Origin: Laetmonice hystrix
Taxonomy: Eukaryota
Length of the DNA stretch: 60,000 bases
Assembly (NCBI GenBank): GCA_965235115.1
Contig: OZ249436.1
Location: 15,440,001-15,500,000 of the forward strand
Direction of reading: 5' to 3'
Below are positions 22,901 to 36,589 of the stretch, piece by piece. Position 1 is the first letter of the stretch. The number at the start of each line of letters is the position of its first letter. Below the pieces are notes generated by a model that worked only from the letters and a program-made list of their open reading frames with translations, searched no databases and was not told where the DNA came from. The translations under genes and the position numbers were made by a program.

Positions 22901-25900
22901 TATCGATATTGCCTTACTGCCACAAGTATGATGCAGAACATCATACTATTATATTCTCCTAAACAAGTATCAGCCCAGAGAAAGTTATTTTAGTGGCGCG
23001 TCCATATTAAGGATATTCAATGCTAAATGGAACATAAAATAATAGAAAGTTTGAAACAGTTAGTGTGTTTGAAACCTTACGAGAATGAGAGCAGCATATA
23101 ATGTGTCTACAAATTGGTATTCTGTTGGCAAAACCGACAACAGATAGTCATGAAGGTTACTTGAGCAGTAAAGTTCTTGACCCTTTCACTGAACAGCAGG
23201 ATTCCAGGGGAGAGGAGGGGGGGGGGGGGAATGCCACTTTTCTGAATGGCACTTATGACATGGTTGAAATCGGAGTCTCAGTTTAGCCATGTGCAATGAG
23301 AGTGTTTAGGCGTTGCTATGTGTTGGTGTATGTAACCATGTGTATGGTTGTGTAGGGTATTGCACGTTATGGCCACCAGGCCCTGACTATGTTTATACAA
23401 GTGGCTCTCGGAGGGGGCCAGTCCACTGTCAACAAGTTAAATATGCTGGGTCGAGGAGAGAAATCGGTGAAGATAGTGTCTGTATTCTAAACATCAATTA
23501 TAAATCTCTGACAGCTTGATGGGACCTGTGTCTATGGTAAACACGATTCATGGCATACTAAGGCAGGTATGACATTGACAGCGTTAGGGTTGTACTCAGT
23601 GATAAATGAGGGAGTACATTACTGCAGTGGGATACACAGAATCGTTCTCGGTCAAATATAGACGCCACTGGTGCCAGCTAGATTTCTTAACTTTCTCTAA
23701 GAAAACTCGAATGTCATGATATGAGTTTTACAGTGCAAGGCATAAAGGATCACGTTAGTGGCGTATTATACTGCTCTTTATAGTGTGAAGATAGAAACCA
23801 TTAAATATTTAATATTCACAACCTGATATACAGATGAAATTGATCCTGTTTATTACGTATTCAGTCAGCATCATCTATGCAGCAGCAATACCTGTATATT
23901 TTAGCCACAACGACTGACCGAGTCGTTGAGGTTAGTTATAGTGACTGTTATACTTGTCACTGCAGCGACTGCTAAAAGTTCCTACTACTAGTGACTAGGC
24001 ATACTAGTCTAGTATAGCGCTGCAGGGACACTCTGTCGAATATTTCTGCAATATCTCTATTGAAAGTTCTTAGTGTAAGTAGCAAGTGGGGTGTCTCTAA
24101 CACTTACCATCTGTGTTAGTGTAGTTGCCGGAGAGATAGTCAGCCAGCTTACCGGTGTGTTGACTTAGGAGCAACCTATCTGGCTTCATTGAGCTAGTCA
24201 GGCAATCATTTTATTATATCCAACAGTCGCTGAAGACGTACAGCACCGAGAGGTCCATGGTACATATCCAGAGGACTGACATAGCGATTTTACAAACTCT
24301 TAAAAATATCTGGTTTTCATTTATTAGTTTTGGAGAATTAATTTAGAGTTAATCATGATAGTGGTCAGTTGAATCTAAATATCTGAAACTGAATATCAAT
24401 GAGTCATTAGGAATATTCAATAAGACATTAAACCTTACATTTTGTACCAGTTTGATGACGATTTAATATTAAACCACCTAGTGGACAGTTTGTCGCTTGA
24501 GAATAAAGTGGTTTTAAATAATTAATGCGGTACCATAAAGTGTTAAAGTCGGTCGAGTTGAGCTGGAAAGCTGTTGGCCGGTTACACCAGTTGTGACGAG
24601 CAGAAATATTTACAATCCTGTATTTTTTTCTCTCTCTAAGCTCATATCTTATCATCCAGCTTATGAACCTATATAAAGCCATTCGGTGACACTGAAAGTA
24701 TCTTATTCGTTAGTATTTAAAGATTCGGCGAAACGTTGTGTTTGTCATCGTTTCGTTTCTATGTAGTTTGATTTAAGGGTGGAAAGAGTAGAGTGAGAAT
24801 AATACAACGTGAGGGAATCATGATGTGTGTGTTGTGATGCGACCAAGACGGTGAAGTTGGCCGGCTGTATCCGCCTGAGCCCCCAGCTTGGGTTGAGGTA
24901 ATACTGGCCATCTGTAGGAGTAGGCCACTGTCAGAGCCGGCTTGGCCTCGGGGCTGCCTGTTTATTTTCCCAACATACACACCCACTAGAGTTACACTCC
25001 GTGAGAATCACTTCTGAAGTTTAAGGAGCGCGAAGATTAGGAAGCTCCAGATGTCTTGTGTTGCCTTAAAAATGTTCGTCTCAATAATTTCCGATTGTCA
25101 TAGCTTTACTTGCCATGACCATGCCGTGAGGGTGAAACAAAAAATAAACGCTAAAAGGCCACATGATTAACACAAATTCGGGCTGTCACTTGAAACATCC
25201 TAAGATCTGAAACGTTTGTGTTGCTTCAGGAAGTATAATTGTATACCCTGTAAACTGTGGCTGAAACACGTAAAAGTAAGTTCATACCCCAGTAAATATT
25301 CATAAGTTTCCATGACAAGCTCAAAAGGTTCATGGTATCACCTACCAAATTGAAGGATATTTTGTCAAGGTCTATTTTGTAAAGCAGTTTATAAGCACGA
25401 AGTGTCCTAAGTCTGTATTTTAAGTCTGTATTGGGCAGCGCTCGATGGGATCTTTCCAGTGTAGCAGCCCCATCATAAAACATGGGGTATCCCTACCCTT
25501 GAGATAAAGGTTCAAGGCTATCAACGCCCTAGAACTGTTGGTCCTGAACATGAGGTCTGCCTCCCACTGCTAAACAGACAGTGCTATCAGAAAGTGACGG
25601 ACGAGGGAGTAAACCAGGTCCAATTTTGTAACTCATCAAATAGCGGACAAATCAAGATCTTTTATACTTTGGTTTTTTTAAATTTGATAGACCTGACTTG
25701 ATTTTCCGGGCTGGATTTCGATAGAGGGCTATTCTCCCAACTTAGCCTCAGGCATGATGCAGACAGGAGAGTGAGTAGGGTGTGGCTCCAGAAACTGTCC
25801 CCTAGGGGCGGATGGAGAAGACAGGTAATAGGATCATGTATTGGCAGGACTCCGGGCCTTAACACAGGACGTTCTGCTGGGGCCCAGGCAGACTGCTCAC

Positions 25901-28900
25901 TGATCGACCAGGCCTGTGGAATTTATTATTAACTCGTCCGATAACCTCGCCATGATCCTGTCGCCGACGTACAGCAGTAAGAAGTGGCACTGTAATGTTA
26001 ATGAGGACAACATGTGACGGGTGGAGTTCCCATCAAGCGGCTCCCAGTGTTGGGGTTGTCGGGCGGCAGGCGGGACCGGCACCCGGGCCGAGGCCGGGCC
26101 GCCTAGCCCCGCACCCCGGTCCTCTTGGCTCACGGTGCCGACTCGATTCGAGTCAGTTTGCTACTAAATTGAAGTTCTGGGGCTGGCATGGGGTTTCAAT
26201 TTATCGTGGTCCGTGGGTGATTTGGGGAGGGATGGGTAGATATGGAGGTTAAGGGGAGGAGCGGAAGGCTAGACACTATCGGCTGGGGGCAGCATCGCCC
26301 AGCCCGTTCACAGCAACCGTCGGCATCCAATGGTAGGAGCAGCCATCTAACAACGATTGGAAGGAGACAAGCACCCCGTTAAGTCGTCATTCTCGGTCCA
26401 GGCTCCATAATGCTTTTCCTCTGCATCCTATATGTTGTTGGTACATGATTCATGATTTATAGGTGCCGAATTATGTAGTGACTGTAATAACCTTTTTCAC
26501 AATTTTCTTCCGTATTTTCAAGCTTTGATAAAACTTTGCATCTTTCCGATTTTTCCCTGTGTCAATCAAAATGGGATGGCGTTTGAAATCTGGATTCAAT
26601 ATCTGCCATGGGTTGGACACCTCTTCATTTAACTGTGAAGGGTAGGTACTTTCTGATGTCTAAATCAACATTAATTCATCTCATGCCTGTGGTCGCAAGC
26701 AGCGTATGTCAATTTATAGGGTTAATGAGTGCACTTTCCAGATGGGTGTGGCTAGCTACCCCTGCCTAGAGGGTAAGACTGATTGACAAGCCCCCACCCA
26801 GCCAGCGAGGGGTACTCCTCCTACATTCCCCGCAGCTAGATGGAAACAACCCTCCAAGGTTCAGCTTATCACAGGCTGCTTGCATTATCTGTGCTTTATC
26901 TCACGGAACAGTTGAAGGTACCTCCAAAAACTGCTTGGTATGGATTGTAATTCTAGCCTCAGAACCGATTACAGTACGTTTCATATCATTTAGATGGGTC
27001 ACGTTATCTCTGTATGTTTATCAGGTTTGACAAATTGTGTCATTTCTTGAGGTCCCTCGCATCCACAATCTGTATCATCTACAATACTGTTACACTCTGC
27101 TCATATTGTATTGAATTACGAGCTGTAAGATTTTAAGGAGGCCCATTACACTTGGGAACTGTTCTGGAGACTATGAAGTTAGAATGATGTATTATATAAC
27201 ATTCTCGTAGGAAATACATCCTTTAATTCAAATGATTTCCAGGGAGCGTGCCTTCGGACCCCCTACCTGCGCCCTTATAAACTTCACTTAGAAAGTAACC
27301 CCACCCCCATTTCAAGGCCAGCCTACGGGCCTGCGGATGGAATGATTGGATAACAAACAAATTACAAAATAGCACCACAGTGATGAGATAACTGATAGAA
27401 TGAAATATAGTCGTCTTAACAGTTGTGCTGTCGGCATACATAGCATAGTATCCTGCTGGTATATTGTGGATATATACACACACAAAAAGTCATGCTGAGG
27501 TACATTTGATATAGATGGCCACCTGAATAAAGATGGCACCCATTGCTGGTTGTCTCCTGTGTGGGGGGCAGCAATCAGTATCCATGGCCTCATAGAGAAC
27601 CGAACTGGTGAATCGCAGGTGAAGGTACTTGACCAGGATATATGAACACACGCCGGTGCCTTCTGTCTACTCTCTAACCTCTCAATCCGCACCTGCCTGA
27701 CTTCAATCAGTGACGGTTTTACCCACAGCAGATTTGAATTATAATTCAGCCGTGGTGACTGATTTCGCATAGATCCGCTTGAAAGATCAATAGGTTGTTC
27801 TGACTCGTGATACAAGTATACTGGAATTGGAGATGGCATGATTATTTAATTATTCAATTATCTGACTTATTACTGTCACATGAATGAAAAAGTGATTATC
27901 GTATGAAACTATTATTATATTTACAGGGGTTCCTCTGCTCTTTGCCAACGTATGTTCCATTAGTAAATTTGCTGGGCAGATATGTCTAGGCAGATATGAT
28001 GCTTACTATAATTGGCTAATATTGGGTGGGGGGTTGTGATTTACATTTCATTTGATATCTGAACTGTGTTAAATAGGTGTCCGTATTTAGCCCGTGCCTC
28101 GCTTCCACACGGCCCATCTTACTTGTTGCCATTTGTGGTGGAACAGGACATGATTTTGCCCAGAATGAGTTGCTACCAGACCGTGTACTAAACCCACCGT
28201 TACCTGCTGGATGTCGCGCGGGGGCTCCATGCTGTTGTAACTGCCCTGCCACCTGGTGTTAAAGGTGGTTTACTCTGGGCCTGGAGCAGACAGTATTCCG
28301 ACGAACTCGAAGGATTATGTTTCTCAGAAACTGCCGGGATATATGTAAAAAAAACATCATTGTTCAAAATAATCAATTACTGACAAGCAAGACGTTTACA
28401 ACCATTAGTGTGACATATTTTCAGGTGATTGCTCCAATCCCCTTTGGCTTGGAGACCACAAAACCACAAGATTCGACAGCAGTATAGCATGTGGCAACAT
28501 TTGGGTATTGTTGAAGGCGTGTGAACGTCCCACCCCGCCATGCCGTGGACGCCAGTCTCAGCGGTTGGGGCCCCCTCCCTGCAGCAATTTGTCCCTTCTA
28601 ACACGCCTTTCAACCACTGCTTCCTTCCCTTGTATGCCAACTAATTAGGCTTGTTTGTCTACAACTGTACTTAAAACCCCGGTATATGTTTGGCTCAGCC
28701 GATAGTCAGTAGTCCGAGAGCGTCAGATTCCACTTTACAAGTAGCTGTCATTGATAATGAATGGGGAGTGCTTGGCTTATCTTTCCGGTGCTCCTTCAAT
28801 GTTATTGTATGAAATATTCAGTTTTTTATCAGTTCATTTGAACAGGCTTTTTTTCTGTAAGGAGTGGTAAAACTTGGTAACACTGGAGTTAAAAAAGGTT

Positions 28901-31900
28901 TTTGGTATGGCTGGGTAAATATCCGTGTTTTGATAAGAGTACATCGAGGCACCATGATAACGTGTTATGACACATTATATTTTGACAGGTTTCGTGGGTT
29001 CTTTGTTACCTCCCTGCCGCTGTCAGCTCTCATTGTGAATTCCAAAGACGGACAGAATGGTGGAAAATCCGGTATATCCCTAATAACGCGGGATGCTGCA
29101 TACCAGCTAGGCCCCTTCGGTACTATACATCAATACAGTGATTTGGGATGATAGGGCTGGCCATTGTCCACCATGTCCAAGCCCCAGGCTGGGGGCACAA
29201 TTATTGCCAGCCCCATCCCAGCATGCCGACACCCCCTGTAATTTTAATTCAGCCCCCCTCGTTGTGCCCATGAGCGTGGGCGAGTTGAACCACGCGGCCC
29301 CGGAGAACACTACCCGAACACCGCTGATTGACCACATTACTACTGATAATGGAGGCTCTATAAATGAAACCCCCTCAACACGTACTGTACATCCACAGTC
29401 GGTTTTTGTGTATTTTTCAAAAGGACGGGCCAGTTAAATTTTCGTTTGGTACATCAGTTTCTCTGCTTTAAAACGAGAGAAGCTCTAACTTCGTAATGTC
29501 GGTTTACCTGTAGGAGGAGAAAAGGTTGGAAATTATCGAGATAAGTCACAACGGGTACTTCATGACACAGTGCACAAGGTGCGAGTGACCGGGTGTAACA
29601 TCTGGTGGGTCACCACAATCCTTTCACAGCTTGATTTAGCTTTGGATGAAAGACTTTGCCAACTCTTCCGTGATTGTAATCTTTTTTCAAGGCTAATTTC
29701 TTAATGAGGTTCATAGTTAGTTTGGTGGGCAGACAAAGAACAGTAACCGAAATTATACTGAACCCATTCTGACCCTTTCAATTCGGCCCAGTCTGGTCCG
29801 AAATCGTATCTTATCGCGACCAATGTGAAGGGATGAGAACTCCGCCTTCCGATCTATTCTAAGTCCATGCACCCAGCCGTGTCATTCAGTGAGCAGCCGG
29901 CCACAATTACACTTCATTCATCGCACCATATGTAAACTGGTTGGGCCTGGCTGAGTCGCCAATTATGTAACATGAAATAAAACAGGAGACAAGTGGTGCA
30001 GGTAGAATGGGGTCCGTATTTGTCCGTCTGTCCCGACCCGCTCACCACGTGTCAAGTACAGAACGGTATGGCTTTCAGCCTGCCCAGCAGGGGACGATAG
30101 GGGATGGGTCGGGCCCTGGTTACCCCGTATTCTGGCATCGGTTCATTACCAGTACTACGAGAGCAGAGTGTTTTTATATTGATGATTCTGACGGACTTGT
30201 ATTGGTGACCTTTATGACATCTGGCAAATACCTCGTATAGTTCTTTCAGCAGTGTAGGCACTCAGTCACGCGGCTCCAAGGTAGTAGAAACACAGGCCAA
30301 ATTTTTGGCCCATCCTATTGATTTTCTTGCCTAATGTGTATTTCAACATAATATATCACTGGATTGAAAGAGAATAAGCATTAAATATAGCCTTTCCTTG
30401 CGCAAAATATAAGAGGCGTATCGAGTGGGGATTTTTTCTACTTGCTGCAGTTATTTCACTCTTTGCGGTGCTACACTGTACCAGTCATAGAACTCATGCT
30501 GTGTATGTTTTTATGATGGCAGTAAGATGGATCCAATGAAACTGATCGATCTGTATATAATGAAGATGTCGGGTCGAGTAGATCATGGCCTACTGTCAGT
30601 CTGAGGTCGCACCTGAACAAATTTCGAGGCCAGCATCTGAGCCGAGCTGGTGATGTGGAGATTTGTAGGTTAACTTAATGTGAGTGTTCTCTTCCGCTAC
30701 AGCCCCTATAGCCGACTGGTTTAGATTAAACGGACTAGCAAGCTTGCCGTATATTATGGAGACTTTCTGTGAATTATAAGGCAGGCATTTATGGCATTTT
30801 TACACTATCCATGTGCAGGGCATGTGCAGATTTACTTGATATCTACAGTCGGGGCTGTATGGAATCAGGCAGGAGGTCTCTATCGGCTCTAGGGCAGATC
30901 TTAATTTGATATTGCCCCCACTTCTGTTCGTATCACCGTATGAGATATGTGGACAGTGGGTCTTGACAACTTTATCAACACCTTTGGGTTCGGCGGGTTT
31001 CTTTTTCGATAGTTACTTGTAGCCTCTAATTGCTATAAAAATGTTTTTTTTTTATCAGGCCTTCCATGAATGATTGATTTTCCTATCAATTAGTGACACA
31101 CCTTTGCCCCATTCTCGGTATCCCAAAGAAATGCAGAAACAAGAAATTCGCAGAAAAATCTAAATGTTTCTCTGCAGAAGACCAGGGTGGAGCATGTTCA
31201 GCATCCAGTGATTCATCAGCAGCATGGGGCCGATTTTTTCTACTTCACTCTCGACGTACTGACTTCTAAGATTTCACTTGTGCATTGGACACCATACATT
31301 CACTTTTATGCTGGCTGCCATGTGGGGCAAGTTATGATAGCGTGGGGTGCATGGAGGCGAGTGAGACCCGTCTATCTGCTATAGGTTTGCAGTCAACGTA
31401 TGCCATCACATGGTCTCAACCTGCTAGGCCTTTCACACTTTATGAAAAAATTCTCAAGATGAAGTCCAAAGACTCCTGAAGGGTTGAAAAACTGAAGTCA
31501 AATACAGTTAGACACTGTATGTAGTTTATAATGATGCGGTTAGGAGTTTTCACCAGTACCCTTGACTGACCTAGTATGTGGCGTAACTCCTATCATAAAT
31601 TACTTTAGAAACTATGATTTTGGAGAGAGCAGAAAATCGCAGAGAACGAAACGGCAACTTTCACTGACAGTGACAGTTCTGACACCTTTATATCATTGGA
31701 GGGAATGTTAAGTTTGTTAAGTTTAGTTGAAACATTGAAATTGAAACCAACTGACAAACATGTCTTATTACAGCATCACGCTGACGATCTTCCTTCGATG
31801 TAACGCATCCCGATGGCAAGCACCTGTCTCTACCAACGTGCAAAACCTGTACCTTTAAGAATGACAATTCCCATATGTTACTGTCAGATTCCTGAAAGCC

Positions 31901-33710
31901 TAATACATCCCATTGGGTGATTTACTTACGTGCTAAGTTGTATAAAAACGAAATATTGATAGCAATATAAAGGGCTGGGACACAAGAGATCCTTCGTCTC
32001 AGATGGTTCATTGTCCATAATTTGGTAAGCTTTCACCTGCACCACACCACCATCGCAGGACCTGGCGTGTCCCAGTCAGGGGGTAGCTTACACAGGTGCG
32101 GCTCAAGTAACGGGCGCCAGCCCCGCGCACAAAGCCGATACAGAGAGGGCAGTTACTCATCCTACAGACAATAACCCGTGTCAGAAGTTGCGGTGCCGAC
32201 TGCGACTCTCGGCTTCAGATAATTTGTAATTGCTCAGTTTAGGCCAACAAGGGTGGATGGTTAGAAATGGCAAGGACGGCGGGAGGGGACACATCCAGCA
32301 GGTGATTTATGGCAGTGGGTTGGCCTGTGGATCCCCACAATTGAATATCAGTAGCCTTATTGGAGGAGTAAGTTGTAACTTTACATCTTTCTACCCCACT
32401 GTACGCCCTGGGCCGTTGCTCGTGTTTAGATTCTCAGGATCAGCTTGCTAGATCTAGAAAATCCGACGTCTATAAGAGTTGTGATCCAGTTACCCATGAC
32501 AGCACCGTACGTCTTGCCTGGCAGCATTACTAGCAATAAATCCTATACAGGATGAAAAAAGGGGTTAATGGTTTAATTTTCACAACTATCGTCAGGACCC
32601 ATCGTTGAATCTCAAGTCTATTTCCTCATCCCCCCTTTCTGACTCCTATTAGTGGATACTTTGGGGATGGTAGGAGTGAAGTGTGGATAAGTTATGAGAT
32701 ACAGGAGGTGAGGGACACTGCCTTGCCCTTCCTCTTCACTTGGTGAAAGCAGTCAAGTGTGACCTTACATGGATCCAGTTTCCCTAAGCTACCATCATGA
32801 TTTAATAAAGATTTCACTATTTTTAGTCTCATGCGTCAGCAAGCTCCAGTAATCTGCTTGTAATTTGATGACCTCCAGCAGACTCTGGTATATAAAGTGT
32901 GCCTATGAAGTGTGGAGGAGTGAAGTTGTTGGGGAACCCCTGCCGAGTCTAAGACTGGTTAATGCCACTACATCGCAGGGAACTAATCTTTCCGTAGGTT
33001 GCTCCTTAGAAAAATAGGGAAAGAAAGAATTTGAATTTTAACTGAGATTATTCCATAACGAAAGCTGAGAAATTCTTAGAACCCACCAGTGTCTCTACGT
33101 CCCAGTGGATATATTTGACATCATCCTGTAAGTTTGCGAGTACGTTCTTGTAGTGCCTTGCCCGTTATACATAAACAGGTTTTCAAGGTTCCAGCCTGGT
33201 ATTCTTTCAAGCATAGTGCCAGTATGTTTTAGGTTGTTTTAGGTTGGTATCCATTCTTTTGGTAGGGGTAGGCTTACTTCACATTTTAATTGTTATCTTT
33301 TGTCTCCGTCCTTTTGCACGTTTTCGAGCGCCCAGCGTACACCTGGTAGTCTAGACTGGTGTGAGATAATACATGTATGACTTCATAAGTTTATGCCCTG
33401 TGGGACCTTCCTGGCTTAGTGGGATTTTATCAAGATGGCAATGGAACGCAACGGAGTTTGTGGTCACACTGCGCTTATTTTCAGCGATGCGAATCGCTTA
33501 TTGTGTGCTGCTGTGTTGAAAATCTATTAGCAGATGACTCGAGGCAAAACATGAAGTAACCTGATCTTTTCACAAGTTCCTCTCTGTCAGGAGACACTTA
33601 CAAGGAGATCAGATACCCAGGGGACGTAAAGACAAGTACGCAAGTTACTGCAGGGAATAAAAGATATGATAAGAATACCTGTTCTTTGTGTTTGCCACAC
33701 ATTGCTGTTA

Positions 33711-36589
33711 TTATCCCATCCCCTATCCAGGGGATGGGATCTAGAAATTGTGTGGTTTCGGTTTCCGTATTATTATTATTTGCGTAGTAGTAGTAGTAGT
33801 AGTAAACAATGTTAACAGGGACAAAAGGGGTCATAACTCAGTTGTTTTTCAAGATATCTAAGTCAAACTTGAGTGACAAAATTGGGCAAGGACCTAATTC
33901 ATATTTTGCAAATATTTTGACCTTTGACCTTTGACATGTCTGAAATCTAGGTCAAAGGTCAGAAAATACTTAAAACCTATCTTCTTTCTCAATTTTCATT
34001 AAAATTTTATGAAATTGCACAGGGATAATCTCTAAGGAGAGTTTCAAAGGAATCCGGTTCGATACAATTGATTTGGCCTATATTCGCTGAGTCACGTGAC
34101 TTCAAAGTTTTGAACAGTGGTCAATTTGGCTATATATGGCTATAACTCATAAACGGTGCCAGAAAGGGCCATAGTTACTATTGAACACGAATAGGAAGTC
34201 ATGCATGCTCTTTCAGTTGACACCTACATTTATTAGGTAGCGTGACGTATGACGTAATAATGACGTCAGGAATCATATCTCCGTCGTTTTTCAAGATATC
34301 TAAGTCAAAGTTGGTGGACATGTTGATAGTCACCAACTCTGATTTGACAATGAGTCATGACGTCACATGACGTAACGTCATGACGTACAATGACGTCATC
34401 AATATTTTGTAGGGCCTATAACTCCTAAACGGTTGGAGATAAAGCCATGGTTACTATTGAACATGAATAGGAAGTCATACATGCTCTTTCAATTGACACC
34501 AACATTTATTAGGTAGCGTGACGTATGACGTCATAATGACGTCATTGGTATGTTCTATGGCCTATAAGTCGAAAACAGTGCAAGATAGGACCATAGTTAC
34601 TATTGAACACGAATAGGAAGTCATACATGCTCTTTCAATTGAGGCCAAGTTTGATGACGAAGCGTGACGTATGACGTCATAATGACGTCATCAATATTTT
34701 CTAGGGCCTTTAACTCCTAAACGGTGGGAGATAAACCCATGGTTACTATTGGACATGAATAGGAAGTCATACATGCTCTTTCAATTGACACCTACATTTA
34801 TTAGGTAGCGTGACGTATGACATAATAATGACGTCATTGGTATCTTCAATGACCTATAAGTATAAGACAGTGCAAGATAGGACCATAGTTACTATTGAAC
34901 ACGAATAGGAAGTCATACATGCTCTTTCAATTGAGGCCAAGTTTGATGATGTAGCGTGACGTATGACGTCTAGTTTCCAGGGCCTATAACTCCTAAACAG
35001 TGGGAGATAAACCCAAGGTTACTATTGGACATGAATAGGAAGTCATACATGCTCTTTCAATTGACACCTACATTTATTAGGTAGCGTGACGTATGACGTA
35101 ATAATGACGTCATTGGTATCTTCTATGACCTATAAGTTGAAGACAGTGCAAGATAGGACCATAGTTACTATTGAACACGAATAGGAAGTCATACATGCTC
35201 TTTCAATTGAGGCCAAGTTTGATGACGTAGCGTGACGTATGACGTCATAATGACGTCATCAATATTTCTAGGGCCTATAACTCTTAAACGGTGGGAGATA
35301 TACCCATGGTTACTATTGGACATGAATAGGAAGTCATACATGCTCTTTCAATTGACACCTACATTTATTAGGTAGCGTGACGTATGACGTAATAACGACG
35401 CCAGGAGTCATATCTCGCTCGTTTTTCAAGATATCTAAGTCAAACTCGGTGGACATGTTGATAGTCACCAACTCTGATTTGACAATGAGTCATGACGTCA
35501 CATGACGTAACGTCATGACGTACAATGACGTCATCAATATTTTGTAGGGCCTATAACTCCTAAACGGTTGGAGATAAAGCCATGGTTACTATTGAACATG
35601 AATAGGAAGTCATACATGCTCTTTCAATTGACACCAACATTTATTAGGTAGCGTGACGTATGACGTCATAATAACGTCATTGGTATGTTCTATGGCCTAT
35701 AAGTCGAAAACAGTGCAAGATAGGACCATAGTTACTATTGAACACGAATAGGAAGTCATACATGCTCTTTCAATTGAGGCCAAGTTTGATGACGTAGCGT
35801 GACGTATGACGTCATAATGACGTCATCAATTTTTTCTAGGGCCTTTAACTCCTAAACGGTGGGAGGTAAACCCATGGTTACTATTGGACATGAATAGGAA
35901 GTCATACATGCTCTTTCAATTGACACCTACATTTATTAGGTAGCGTGACGTATGACGTAATAATGACGTCAGGAATCATATCTCCGTCGTTTTTCAAGAT
36001 ATCTAAGTCAAACTTGGTGGACATGTTGATAGTCACCAACTCTGATTTGACAATGAGTCATGACGTCACATGACGTAACGTCATGACGTACAATGACGTC
36101 ATCAATATTTTGTAGGGCCTATAACTCCTAAACGGTTGGAGATAAAGCCATGGTTACTATTGAACATGAATAGGAAGTCATACATGCTCTTTCAATTGAC
36201 ACCAACATTTATTAGGTAGCGTGACGTATGACGTCATAATGACGTCATTGGTATCTACTATGGCCTCTAATTCAAGAACAGTGCAAAGTAGAACCATAAT
36301 TACTGTTGAACACAAAAAGGAAGTCATATGCCATTTTGTTCAAAGCCAAGTTTGATGACGCAGTGTGACGTATGACGTAATGATGACATCATCAATATTT
36401 TCTAAGGCCTTTAACTCCTAACTGGTGGGAGATAAAGCCATGGTTACTATTGAACACGAATAGGAAGTCATACATGCTCCATCAATTGACACCAACATTT
36501 ATAAACGTGATAATGACCTTACTAAGTCATAGGGACATGTCCCCCAAGGGATGGGATCCATCGTGGTTTTATCCACGACAGGTCTAGTT
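33711..36589 (+). mobile_element. Helentron-associated (HINE/DINE-1-like) element carrying a satellite array
   Basis: 5' hairpin TTATCCCATCCCC..GGGGATGGGAT, (TAT)n/(TAG)n microsatellite, 3' GGGATGGGAT plus hairpin CGTGG-TTTTAT-CCACG and CTAGTT. Same architecture as 15488-16990. Confidence 0.72.
34140..36510 (+). repeat. Internal satellite of ~146 bp monomers with ~568 bp higher-order periodicity
   Basis: GAATAGGAAGTCATACATGCTCTTTCAATTGA recurs about 14 times. TCAAGATATCTAAGTCAAA occurs at 34291, 35426 and 35994 (spacings 1135 and 568). Confidence 0.92.

Noticed and set aside
27312..27839. 175 aa - strand ORF and the other 60-150 aa ORFs in 23-60 kb
   Set aside because: No recognisable motifs, no consistent exon chain, and lengths compatible with chance.
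30601..30670. LSRAGDVEI resembling a 2A-like peptide
   Set aside because: It lacks the essential NPGP and is not in a long ORF.
34140..36510. CRISPR-like regular repeats
   Set aside because: The intervening sequences are repeated rather than unique spacers, the context is eukaryotic, and there are no cas genes.
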